NCBI GenBank assembly: GCA_013265495.1
Contig: MU057887.1
Span: forward strand, 2,823,576-2,887,575
DNA: 64,000 nucleotides
Direction: 5' to 3'
Source of the DNA: Vicugna vicugna
Taxonomy: Eukaryota
Shown: piece after piece, positions 24,590 to 36,350 of the stretch
Numbering within the stretch: the stretch's first letter is position 1
How the letters are laid out: the number at the start of each line of letters is the position of its first letter
Program-made: the position numbers and the translations under genes
Notes under the pieces: generated by a model
The model's input: the letters and a program-made list of their open reading frames with translations, nothing else
Databases searched by the model: none
Told to the model about the DNA's origin: nothing

Positions 24590-26680
24590 GTGAGCGTCAG
24601 GGCGAGCAGCCCCTCAGGGGCCGTGGGGGGGGTCTGTGCACCCAGTACACCCCCCGGGGACATCTGCCACGGCCTACTGGTCTGTGGGGGCCCCCAGGCA
24701 GTGTTGACGGGTGCACTTGTGGGCTGTGTGTGTCGCGTCCAGAGCGCTGTGGGCAGAGGGGACAGAGGGGACAGAGGTCATGCCACCTGCGAGACCCCCA
24801 GGTGTGCACAGGGTTTCTAAGGTACCAGCGCGGCCTGGTCTCCTTGCCCTCATGCCTGGCGGGTGTCAGGTGCCCCAGGCCCCGGGCTTGGTGGCAACAG
24901 GTCCCCTGCGGGCTCCCAGGACAGCCGAGGCACCCGTGAGGTGGGCTGGTGGTGCCCTCCTGCATGGCCACCAGGGGCCGAGCCATCTGGGGAGCGAGGC
25001 GCGTTGCTAGCGCCCTTGCTGGGTCAGCGCTCAGGCGCCTCGCAGGGGCAGCGCCGTTGGGAAGCATCTTCAGAAAGAGGATCACACGTGGCGCCTAGAA
25101 GAGGAAAGGAGCCCCTGCAGCTCCCGTCAGGGCGCCTGGCGCGGGTCTGTCCCTGGTCGGGGAGGAGACAGCGCGAGGCCCCGTGGGAGAGCGGGGCGCT
25201 GCCCAGCCAGGGCCCAGGCGGTCCAGCAGGAGACCCGGGCACCACGTGGTGGGCGCAGGGTGGCCCCACAGGAGTCTGGGGGCAGCACCGGCCAGGGGTG
25301 GGGCCGACGGGCGAGTGTGGGAGGGCCCAGGCAGTGGTGGGCGTTGGAGCCAGGCCAGAGCTCTGCCCAGCCTTGGGACTAGAGCAAGGGGAAGACATCT
25401 CTCTTCTGGGCGGCCTGGGGGCTCCTGTGGGCCTGGCCAGTAGCAGCTGCCTGTGTCGGTCCAGGTTCTTTGGGATGGATGGCCCCAGGCCGGCTGTGCG
25501 AGGCCTTGGTTCTGCAGGGGACTGGGAGCGACATGGTTACTGCCGTGCCGGTGGCCAGGTCTAAGGGATCAGCCATCCATCCCGCAGGGACAGCAGGCAT
25601 GCATGGGGTCACCCAGAGCTGGATTTGAGCCCTGGGTCTTCTGCTCAACACCCCCCCGCAGCCTCTGGGTGGGCTCTGGGGCTCTGGCTGTCTGCTTCCA
25701 ACCTGCTGCCCCCTCCGCTTTGACCTGAGACCTGGGGAGCACCATCTTGCCACCTGCGGGCTGTGCTGCTGACGGTCACCAGAGAGGTGACGGGCGTGCT
25801 GAGCACAGGGCTGGGGCGTGGGGAGCTCCCGGCCACTCCAGCTGGGAGAGTCGCCAGTGCCCGGGACGGGGCTGCATCGGGTGTCAGGACAGTGTCGTCC
25901 CTGTAGGGGAGCTAGGCGGGCCCCAGTGCAGCCCCCAAAGTGAGAAAGTCCCCCAAGAGAGGAATCAGCTGAGTCACGAGGCCCCTTGGGGACGGGGCTG
26001 ATTGTCCAGGGACCCCCGTCAGTGTCTCCTGTGAGCCTCTCCTCAGATGGTCCGGGGACGTGGCCAGGGCTGTGGATTTGCCTGGAGCCCAGGGCCTGGA
26101 GTGCTGGCCCCACAGGGCCTCCAGCAGGAAAGGGGAAGTGTGGGCTGAGGGGCCCGGGGCTCCCAGCTGGAGGGAGCAGGTGGCGGCCTCACCAGTCCAA
26201 GCCCAGACGCCCTGGGCACCCCTGAGCTGAGCTGGCCATGGGCGATCCCGGGGTGCCCAGAAGTACCCTGGAGGCCCTCGGGGCCCTGGGACCACCCAGC
26301 CACCCCCAGGCCCCGCCCCAGAGGCCCTGTGCCACCTGCCTTGTGTTGCCGGCCTGGGCTGGTCTCTGGGAATGTCAGGGCACCAGGGAGACTGTGGGGA
26401 GGAGCAGGGCCAGTGGAAGGACGGTGAGGCCGCTGGTGCCCTTTGAGGGCCTGGAAGAAGCAGGAGCTCGTGCTGCAGCCGGTTTTGTCTCTAAGGACCC
26501 GCTGTCTGTCCTTGTTGAAAGCACCTGTCCGTGGGCGTCCCGTAGACGGTGTGGGATGGGACAGCTGGGTGTGCAGCTGCCCTGAGGCTGCTCCCCCGAC
26601 CCTGCAACTCCATTCTGCCCATCGGGTCCCGGGTGGACTCGGGCCAGGGGGCGCGGCGCCTTGACCCCCAGTGAGCTGAG

Positions 26681-26698
26681 TTAGGGTTAGCATTAGGG
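26681..26698 (+). repeat. Telomere-like hexamer triad TTAGGG-TTAGCA-TTAGGG
   Basis: Read directly: ttagggttagcattaggg. Confidence 0.6.
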
Positions 26699-27279
26699 TC
26701 ACTGCATCCCCGTCTGCAGCTCCTGTAACTGGGAGCCTTCTGGGCTGATGCCAACAGATTCTTCCAGGACGGGGAGGGAGGGAGGCGAGGGGCACGGGCG
26801 CAGCCGGGAGCCTTCCCCTCTGCTCGTTAGCTCTGCCGGCCTGCGGAGGAGTCAGTCAGAACCGATTACTAATTGAACCTGGGCTGCTCTTCCGAAACCG
26901 TGTTCTCACCCCTCTCCCGTGAGCCTCCCCGCGCCTCAGGAGCCGGGTCCCCGAGACCCAAATTGAGACCCTGCTGTTTTCAGGGGAGGCCGCACAGATC
27001 AGTGAGCTGGCCCTTTTTTGCACAGTGGGCATTTCCAGGCTGCCATCTAATTTAATTTTTGCTTTTCTATTTTCTTGCTCTGTGTGCATAATAAGTTTCC
27101 CTGCATGTGACTGGTGTCTGCAAAAGAGAAAACTTGTGCCACTTTGGGTTGCTTGGAATTTGGCGTGAGCAGGGTTCAAGGCAGGATGGTTTATCCTGAC
27201 CCTACCGTGTTCAGGAAAAATGGAAGCTTGAAATACTAGATCACAGCTGTGCCTGTTCACATATTTATTCATCTCTTTA

Positions 27280-27600
27280 TTAACTTATCCTTCATTCATT
27301 TACCCACTCATCTGTTCATTGATTCAGAGAAGGTGTACGCTCATGGTGGAGGAGACCTGTGACACTGTAATGTACCCAGAACAGGTGGTGCTGTGGGGCT
27401 GGGGTCCAGATGGTGGGACAGGGACTCTGGGACCTCAAAGTACAGCCATCTCTTCCTGCCCAGGATCTTGGAAAAGCTGCATCGACAAGGGAGCATTTGA
27501 GCAGGGTATTGAGGGATGAAGAGGAGCTCACCAGGAAAGCATCTCTTCATGGAAGAAGGGGGCTGGTGGTGAGAGGAGGAACTCCGGGCCATGTTACGGA
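27280..27600 (-). mobile_element. L2 3' fragment
   Basis: ttcattcatttacccactcat tail, then gcatttgagcagggtattgagggatgaagaggagctcaccagg, resembling L2 (acatttgagctgagtcttgaaggatgagtaggag). Confidence 0.6.
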
Positions 27601-29759
27601 GCCTGAAGCCTTTCCGGCTGAACCGCTCCCCAGCTTGTACGCAGGTGGCCTAGTTCACCTGCAGAGAGTCGTTCCAACTCACAGAACCATCAGGGAAAGA
27701 GCGTCTCAAAGAAGCCCCAGCCCCATCTCTGCAAGGCTTCGTGTCCTCACACGCAGATACAGGAACAGTGCTTCACCTGGCCATGCACAGCCGGTTACTG
27801 CCCGGCGGGCTGGACGAAGCCTTCGGCACCGGCACTGGCTGCTCTTTAAGGCTCTGAGCATCGCTCTCCACCCGCAGAATCGCGGGTGGCCCCGATGCCT
27901 CCGTGAGGACTGCGGCCCGGCCCCGAGCCTCGCCCGCCCGTACGCAGCTGGAAGTCATCCGCCTGCAGCGCTCGCTCTCTGGCAGCAGCCTCTCTCTGTA
28001 AAGGCAGGACCTTCCTCCCGCCTGCTGGGTTCTCGGGAACCTCTTTGGAAAGAAATCAGTCAAGAAAGCAGCCTGGTGCCCAGGGCGGGCGCAGGCAGTC
28101 GGGAGAGGGGAGGGTGGTTTCCGGGGCAGCACTGCCCTGGCCCCGGGGTTGGCGAGAGCAGGAGCCTCAGGCCAGGCCCCGCAGCTTCCCCGAGATCGTT
28201 GCAGGGGACAGTGCAGGCCAATGTCCCAGCTCTACACAGGACCAGTGTCTGGGCTGGCACAGCCCGGACAGGGTCCCCTCTGTGCGTGGCCTCCAGGCTC
28301 CCTGAAGACCCTGCCAGGACCCCCCGGCTGATGCAATTGCCCCGTGGCCCCTGCTGGGAGCCCACCTGTCTCCTAGGCCGCCGTGCCCTTGTGTTCCTGA
28401 GCAGGGAATAAGTGTGCCTACGTCGCGTGCCTGCACAGTCAGCACTCAGAACGTGCCTTCCCCTCCTGGGGGGCCTGGGACGCAGACGGGGCCCCGGGCG
28501 TGGGGTGGACGGCACGGCTCCAGGCCTCGTGTGTGTCCCCAGCTTTACCCGTGACATCCACCGGCTGGGGTCACAACCGGACATGCTCGCACTCTCCTTA
28601 GAGTGCGAGGACATGCAGAGGCCCCTCTCAACAACTGGAAAACAAACTTTCAGAAAGTGTTCAAGCCGAAGGCTGCTTTCCGTTGGATCCAGCTGACCCT
28701 GGAAGGCGCCTCTGTTCCGCACCGGCCCCGCCGCAGCGCCCGGGCAGTGGGGCCCGCGGCCCGGGCAGCACCGTCAGCGGCATCCGTCGTGGTCCGGGGA
28801 GGGGCCGGGAGGCCGGGGCGTGGTTCTGCTGCTCAGAAGCAGAAGCAGAAGGAAGCAAACCTGAGGCACTTGGACGCTGGGGGAGCTCAGAGGGAGAGCA
28901 GGGGCCGGGCGTGCGGGGACTTCCCAGGGCGGGGGAGGAGCCGGGGCCGCCCCGGACCCGCAGTGCCGCTCACTCCTCCGTCAGGGGCCTGGCTGCTTTC
29001 AGCTCTGGGCTCGCAGCCTCACCTGTGGAGGGCCCTACAGGGCAGCAGGGAGAAGCGGGCCCAGCAGGGTCACCCCACTTCTCCCCGCGGCCGCTGCAGG
29101 AGCGCTGAGGGTGCAAAGACAGAGGCGTGAGGTGCGACGAGGGGCCATCATGGGCAGCACAGACCTGAGGCCCGAACCCGGCAGATGCGGCAGCAAAAAT
29201 CTGGGAAGGCTTCCTGCAGGAGCTGAGCACCGTGTCCCAGGGAGGCGGCCACGCCCACTGCCTTGCTCTGGGGCCCTGGTTGTGCCTGAGCCCCCGGGGG
29301 TCCTTCAGCAGCAGGTGTGAAGGAGGGGCCGCCTGCGTCCCTGCCCAGCGCTGTCTAGACCCCGGCCTGCCCTGAGCGGAGGCAGCCTCTGAAGGGGGCA
29401 GGATGCGGAGGGGACGGCAGGTCTCAGGCTTTGGGGAGAAAAGCTTTCCGTGTCTCGATACTTAGAAAAGTGAGCATAAGTATTGTGTGTACTTAGAAAC
29501 GTGTGCGCGCACTTCGTGCAGGTCGGCTAAGCTCTCCGAGCGGCGGGCAGAGAGGCCGCAGAAGGTGTGAGCCACGGCCCAGCCTGCCTGGCCTCCTGCA
29601 CCTGGTCACCTGCTCCCTGGAGTCTGCAGCCCTGCCCCCGCGGCGTCCCGAGCAGGCTCGCGCTGCCTTCTGAGCCACGTGTTAAATTTTCAGAAATTTT
29701 GTGAGCCAACTGCTATATGCAGCCATTATTAAAAAGTGAGTTATATAAAAATTATACTT

Positions 29760-31095
29760 TATTATATCAGAAAGATATTCACCTTAAGGCTCTATTAAAA
29801 GAACAAGCTAAACCCAAATCAAGTAGAATGAAGAGAAAAATAAAAATCAGGATTGAAGGAAGAAGTAAAACAGAGAATATTAAAAAGTGGAAATCAGTTA
29901 AGCCACAGCTTAATTATTTGAAAGATAAAATATCGCAACTTGATTTTTAACTAGACCGATCAGAGAAAAGGCTCAGCTGACTAAGTCAGACCTCAAAGGG
30001 AGGGCCGCCCCTTATGTTTACCACCCTTCGCGGCAGCACAGAGGGTTGAAAGGAACACTGTGAGCAATCGCGTGTCAGCACATTGTGGAAATTTGGAAGA
30101 AATGGACATGTTCCCAGAAACACACAAATTGACTCAAGAAGTAATGGGAAGACTCAGTAGACCCAAGACAAGTAAAGACAATGAGTTAGAAATCAGACGG
30201 TTACACTGGCGAAGTCTGCCAAATTCAACGGAGAATTAATACCAATTCCTCTCCAAGTCTTCAAAAACAAAACATACATGTAAGAGGAAACAGTCCTTCC
30301 CGCACTCCACGAGGCTAGGATTACTCTGACACCAGAAGTATCGGGAAAAGGCGCCACAGGGAACCTCCAGACCTTATGAGCATCGATGCAAAAATCTTCA
30401 ACAAAATATTGGCGAACTGCCTCTGGTAGCAAATGGAAGACTTCCACGTCATGGCCGAGCAGGGTTCATCTCGGGGTGCGAGGCCGGCTCCACCTAAAGC
30501 GACCAGCAGATGCAGTGTATTAACAGAAGAAGGAGCAGTAATCACGTGCTCATGTCAATAGTTGCCGAAAAAGCATTTAACAAAATCCAATCTCCTTTCA
30601 CAATAAAAACACTCAGCACACTGGAAACAAGTGAGTCCTGCTCAACGTGGGAAAGGCGGGCCCGCCCTCCTCGGGGAGGATTGGACGCTTGGGCCCAGAC
30701 CAGGAACAAGACAGGGGTGTCTGCTCACCACTCCTGCTCAGCTGCCCCGGGGACGCTGGCCCAGTCACTGGGGCGAGAGCAGGAAATAAGTCTCCCGGCT
30801 CAGGAAGGAAGGCGTGGAGTTACTCATTCACATACGACGTGATCTTTTGCAGAGAGAATCTGCAGGAGTGGGCGCACACACTGAGAAGTGGTAACGGAGT
30901 GTGGCGGGGTTACGGGGTACAGACCGGTGTACGCAATTCAGTGGGATTTCTCCACCGTGGTGGCGAGTGGTCTGAAAATGATCTCCGGAAACAATTCCAT
31001 TTGCAGCTGCTGCAGGAAGGACGAAATACTTAGACAAAGTTCACCAAAGAAGTCCCAGCCTCGTGCATCAGAAGCTAGGAAACAGGAGGCTGATA
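29760..31095 (+). mobile_element. Ancient L1 ORF2 remnant (linker through RT), disrupted
   Basis: Peptides HLKALLKEQAKPKSSR.K.KIKIR (cf. L1 ORF2 LKELEKEEQTKPKASRRKEIIKIR) and NHVLMSIVAEKAFNKIQSPFTIKTL (cf. [25 protein letters not shown]); also gatgcaaaaatcttcaacaaaatattggc at 30385. Confidence 0.88.
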
Positions 31096-33060
31096 ACGGT
31101 GCCTCCCTCATCTCACACATTTTAGCCAGCGTCTGAGAGCAGTCAGCACGCAGAGGAGGAAGCTCTTGGAAGCGTCCTGGGGGACGTCCTCTCCGGGAGC
31201 CAGGAGCCACTGCGCCCCCGCAGGAGGAGGGCCTCGTGCTCTGTGTTGCTCCACTAGCAGGACACTTGTGACAGTATCCGGCGGGGTGCGGGGGGTCTGC
31301 ACCGGCCACCAGACAGGCCTGCGAGCCTCCGCATCCTGCCCCACCTCTGTAGCTCAGGGACGTGGACGATGCTCGCCGCGGGGGGGTCCTCGAAACCCTC
31401 GTACACGGGGCGCAGCCCAGGGTCCGCCAGGGAGTTCCCAGGCTCCCCACCCTGAGGCTGCTGATGGCTCTGTCGTCGGGAAGGAGGCCGAGGGGGCGCT
31501 CCGCCCTGGAGTCCCTGACTCTGGGTGGCGTTCATGTGTGGACGCTTTTCAACACCCCCAAAGGCCAGCTGCGGCTGTCATGGAGGTGACAGGGAAGTGT
31601 AAACGGCTCCTGGAGGCCAGCCTGCACGGGCCCTCGCTGTCCCCAGGCCCTTGCTGGAGGCTTCAAGTGAGCCGCTGGTTTTATTTTCACGAGCGCTGGT
31701 TGAGGGGAGTGCTGTGACCCATCGCCCCCCTTTGATGGGACCTCACGATCCTTCTTGTTGTCTGAAATTTCAAACTCCGTTAAATAGTGTGAAGACAAAC
31801 AAATCAAAGCCAGGGAGATTCTGGAGAAAACACTTTTACTTTGATCTTGGAAGACGTTTGATCGGGGACATGGGGTGCTGGGGACTGTGCCTGTCCCGTT
31901 CCTAGTGGACAGAGGGGCACTGGTCCTGGGCCTTTCAGGGCTCTCAGTGCCCAGACAGCCTTCCAGGGTGGGGCTGAGGAGCTGGGGCAGTGGGGGGAGG
32001 CAGGAGCTGACCCTGTGGTCAGTTCTGCAGGCCGGCAGGCCAGGGACTGATTCCATCTACTGGGAGCCCGGGTGGTGTCTGATGGACTTCTAGAAGGATC
32101 TCCACCCTGCTCTCCGGACAGTAAATGCAGGGCAGTGGACCAGCGCTGGGAGATGTCAGGCCAGTGATGGAAGCAATGCTGACAGTAGACGGGCGACTCA
32201 GGAGGCCAGGTGGTGGGATTCAGCCTGATCACCGTTCCCCCGCCCTCCACCCCCGGCAGGTGTGACTCACCTGCCGGCCTGTGAGCAGGTGCCCAGCGGG
32301 GACCTGGAGGCAAGTGGGTGAGCGCACAACTGGATGGTGTGAGCAGGCATGAGGTCCGCAGGGAGAGAGGAGGCAGCTCGGGACCCGGACAGGGCTGGGT
32401 GCCAGGTGGCCGGGCTCCAGGTCGTGACTGCTGCTCAGAGCCTGAACGGGGCGGGGGGGGAGGCGTGCCCAGCAGGGCTGAGATGTCAGCCCCTCGTTCT
32501 TGTTCTCTGAGGCCACGTGTCAGGGAAGGAGGGCGGCCCCCACGGCAGGGAGCCGGTCTCCCTCTAACTGCTCAGACACCTGCAGAGCTCGGCAGAGCCT
32601 GCCTGCCCGACGGGAGAGGCCGGCTGTTGGGGCCGGGGAGTCGGAGGGGCCTCCTGGGACGTGGGGCCCTTGGGGTTCAGGGCGCCCGGCGAGGCTGGCT
32701 CTCAGGGTCAACCTGAAGGACCCGGCCTGGCCTTCGCTGCCTTTTGTTTGGCTTCATTTGTCATCATTTTCCATGTCCTTGGTCCACAGTCCAGCTGATT
32801 TAATGCAAATTGTAACGGGGGAAGGTGCAGTGTTCACGTCCTGAGTCCGCACCTTCGTGAACAGGGTGCCACGCCTGATGGTCAGAGTCTCGGGCCCCGT
32901 GCCGGAGTCCTTGCAGGGCCTGGGCCCAGCTGCCCCCATGACCTTGAGCATCACCTCCAGCCTGAGCACCGGGAGCGGCTGGGAACCCGGTGCACGGGCC
33001 AGCGTCTCCAGTGACCTGCGGCACCGCCTCCTGGCGGCAGCAAGCATCGTTGCAGGAGTA

Positions 33061-33690
33061 CTTTTTTTTTCTTTATACTTTTGTTTTAAATTTTTTATTG
33101 AAGTGTAACTGATTTACAGTGTTCGTTTCAGGTGTACAGCAAAGCAATTCAGTTATACAGACACATACATACGTATTTTTTCTTTTCAGATTCTTTTCCA
33201 CGATAGGTTGTTACAAGAATTTGAATATAACTCCCTGGGTGCTTCAGCAGGACCTTGTTGTTGATCTGTTTTATACGCAGTAGTGTGTGTCTGTCAGTCC
33301 CCGGCCCCTGACTTCTCCCTCTCTGCCCTTTCCCCGTTCGTCATCATGGTTTGTTTTCTGCCTGTGAGTCCATTTGGGGTTTGTAAATAGAATTTGTGTC
33401 ATTTTTCGGTTCTACACGTAAGTGATATTGTATCATATTTGTCTTTCTCTCTGACTTACTTCACTCAATTGGTCATCTCCAGGCCCATCCATGTTGCTGC
33501 AAGGGGCACTGTTTCATTCTTCTCATGGCTGGGTGGCATTCTGTCGTGTGTGTGTGTGTGTGTGTGTGTAGACACACCACAGCTTCTTTATCCAGTCCTC
33601 TGTCGATGGACATTGATGTTGCTTCCTTGTCTTGGCTACTGTAAATAGTGCTGCCGTGAACACTGGGGTGCAGGTGTCTTCAAATTCGGG
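33061..33690 (-). mobile_element. Younger cetartiodactyl-type L1 3' end, 5'-truncated
   Basis: Poly-T, then tttttattgaagtgtaactgatttacag...caggtgtacagcaaagcaattcagttatac...ttttcagattcttttcc...tgacttacttcact...ccatccatgttgctgca...gttgcttccttgtcttggctactgtaaatagtgctgc. Confidence 0.9.
33546..33569. repeat. (GT)12 microsatellite inside the L1 3' end
   Basis: 24 nt of perfect GT repeat, counted directly. Confidence 0.95.
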
Positions 33691-33919
33691 TTAAAGAGAT
33701 GCATTGTCCCCTTAGAATGTGAACGTGCCTCTGAAACCTGAATAATGGGAGGAGATGTCCCAACACCAGGACGAGATAAATGCGGCCATTTCCAGTGAAA
33801 GGCGCCCGGTGACCCGGGAGTCTGCACAGTTACACACGCAAAGCTGCGCCACGTAGACACGTTCAGAAAAGGCCTCGGCCTTTCACAGGCTCCGGAAGTC
33901 TAAAATGAGAGTTTTTCCT

Positions 33920-34275
33920 TAAAAAAAAAAAACCTTTAATCGAGATGTAACACACCACACAGGCTCGCATGCAGCTTGTTGGCCTGAGCCCGGAGGCTTT
34001 GGCCCCGCCAGGGACGCCCCCCCCCCACTAGCGCCCCATCTTCTGGAACCTCCCGTGAGTGGACTCAGAAGGACACTGACGCCCGAGTTTGGCTCCTCTC
34101 ACTCGCGGTGTCTGTGAGACCCCTTGTCGTGTGCAGCGGTGTTTTGTATTTGTTGTCGCTGTGCAGGATTTCATTGTCTGGCGGGACCACCATTTAACTG
34201 TCTATTCCCAAGAAGATGGGTATTTGGGCTGTTCTGAATTTTCAGTCATTGTAAGTATGGTGGTGTGAACGAGAA
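33920..34275 (-). mobile_element. Ancient L1M 3' end fragment
   Basis: ctttaatcgagatgtaa...ttggctcctctcactcgcggtg...ttcattgtctgg...gatgggtatttgggctgttc resembles the L1MB/ME 3' end. Confidence 0.6.
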
Positions 34276-36104
34276 ACACCGCAGCCACATCAGTGCACAA
34301 AGGGAGCTGCCCACCGAGTCCCCCGCTGCTCCCGCGCCCCCGGCAGCCAGCGGAGGGGCTCAGGACGCGGACAGGCAGGCAGCCCGGCCTCTGTAGCCCC
34401 CAGCGTTGCCCCTGCGGGCACGCAGGGTGTGAAGGCACGGGACAGACGCGGCCCTGGAGCGCTCAGTGCAGGTCAGAGGGGAGATCCAGTGAGCCCAGAC
34501 CCCTGCACCTTCCCGCACGCAGAAAGGCTGTCTGGCTTTCTTTAATTAACAGTGATCTTTTAATGTCCCGACTACCTGTCTTTGTTGCAGAAACCCCTGC
34601 ACACCCTGGCTCGGCCCCGCCTGTGCGGAGCGGCCCCTCGGCGCTCCCTGGGGGCCGCCCCCGGCCCGCGCGCGCGCAGGAAGTGCACTGAGTGGACCGC
34701 AACTCACAGCTTCGGGGCTGTGCATCTTTTCAGTCAACAGTGACCACGGCCGTCGGTGGTGTGTCTTCTGGTGACGGGACACATTTATCGTGGGCACTTG
34801 CGTGCCCAGGAGCGGCAGAGACGCGAGCTGCCGGTGGCAGGATGGCCGAGCGTCTCTCAGTGTGGCCGCGCCACTGCGCCCGCCTCGCGGGTGTCGGAGG
34901 TCGTGTTTGCCCTGCGTCCCCGTCGGCCCCGTCGTTGTCGGACTTTGTGGTTCAGCCGTCCTGCCAGGTGCAGGGTGACGACTCGTGCGGCTCCGGGCTG
35001 CGCCCTGGTGACGAGCAGGCTTCTTGGGCAGCGGGGGGGCCTTCCTCGTGAAGCCCCTGTCCGCGTTCCCCCCCGCCCCCACTTCTGCTGGGCTGTTTGT
35101 TCATGTCGTGCAGGAGTGCTTTCTAGATTCTGCATCCGAGTCCTGCTGACACCTCCCGGCCCGGCCGGGCCCTTGCTTTACCCGTGTGCCTGGAAGAACA
35201 GAAAGTCCTACCTCTAGCCAGGTCTGATTTGACAAGTCTTTTCGCTGCAGGCCGTGCGTTCAGTGGGTGGCGGCTGGTTCCCCGGGTCCTGTGCCCTCTG
35301 TCGTCCACGGGACACATTTGAGTCTACGGTCGGCTTCTCGCTGGTTCTCACGTGGCCTCACGGTGATCCCAGGCTGCATTTACAGCATCATTACTGAAAA
35401 ATTCTAGCCTTCTCGACTCATAACAGTTTGATATGACGTTCTGAAGCCTGATTCCGAGGCAGCATGGGGGAGGCGGGGCTCACCCCTGACTGCGTCTCAC
35501 CCGATTAGCTAATTGTCTCTTGCCGTCTGAGCAGCTGAGAACCGGGGCTGAGACCACGCGTGGATTACCATGCATGCTCAGCCCGCCCCTGCCCGCCCAG
35601 AATGCTCACAGGCTCGTGGGGTTTCTGTTTCCCTGCTTCCTTTTCCACCTTTGTGAACAGCTCAAGGTGGAGTTTGCAGGAGGAAGTGACGGGGTGCTCC
35701 CATGCCCCCCCCGCCACCCCCAGCCTCTGTCCAGCCCAGCCCCGGCCTCTGGGCCCTCCTGGGTGCATGCAAGGCCAGGCTCCACCGGGCAGGGATGCTG
35801 GCCGCCTTGGGGGTCCCTGGCCTGGGGGTCGTGGGCCCTTGCCATGAAGGCAGGGCAGACCGACGGGCAGAAGCGGGCTCCAGCCTCTTCCTCCATCCAG
35901 GGCTGTCGGCCTCGAGGGGACCTTATGCCTGATGACAGGGACCCCGCCGCGCCCGCAGACAGTGGGGGGCTTCCTTCCGTCCAGCGTGGCCCCACGGCCG
36001 CGGAGCCCGGGCCAGGTTCTCCCAGGGAGACCTGCCCATCTGCTCCCCGGCTGAGGACCGGGCCACGTGTCCTGTTCCACGTTGTCTGGCTGGAACTTGT
36101 GTTT

Positions 36105-36350
36105 TTTCTTTGTTTGTTTTTAATTAAGAGGCTTTATTTTTAGAGACGTTTCAGGTTTGCAGAAGAACAGAACAGAAAGTACAGAGTGTTCCCACGTCCC
36201 CCCACTGTGACCCCTCTGTTAGCGCTGACAATAGCACGCTTGGGGCATCTGTCACAATGGAAGAACTGACATCCATGCACCGCGACTACCCAGAGGCCGC
36301 CATTCGTGTCACGGGTCCGTGTTGTGCTGTCTGTGGGTTTGGCCGGATAC
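36105..36350 (-). mobile_element. L1MC1-like 3' terminal fragment
   Basis: ctttatttttagagacgtttcaggtttgcagaag...agaaagtacagagtgttccc...tgtcacaatggaagaactgaca...gttgtgctgtctgtgggtttgg. Confidence 0.75.

Noticed and set aside
24283-24939. 218-aa ORF containing the TAFA5 motif as a single-exon gene
   Set aside because: It starts at GTG. TAFA similarity is confined to 24440-24589, between canonical splice sites, and the flanks are intronic read-through.
24965-24981. CTCF-like TGGCCACCAGGGGCCGA
   Set aside because: It has C at a nearly invariant G of the core, and such partial matches are common in GC-rich DNA.
29717-30842. L1-derived ORFs (77 and 110 aa) as a functional retrotransposon or domesticated gene
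   Set aside because: These are short fragments of a heavily frameshifted and deleted ancient ORF2, with no intact endonuclease or RT.
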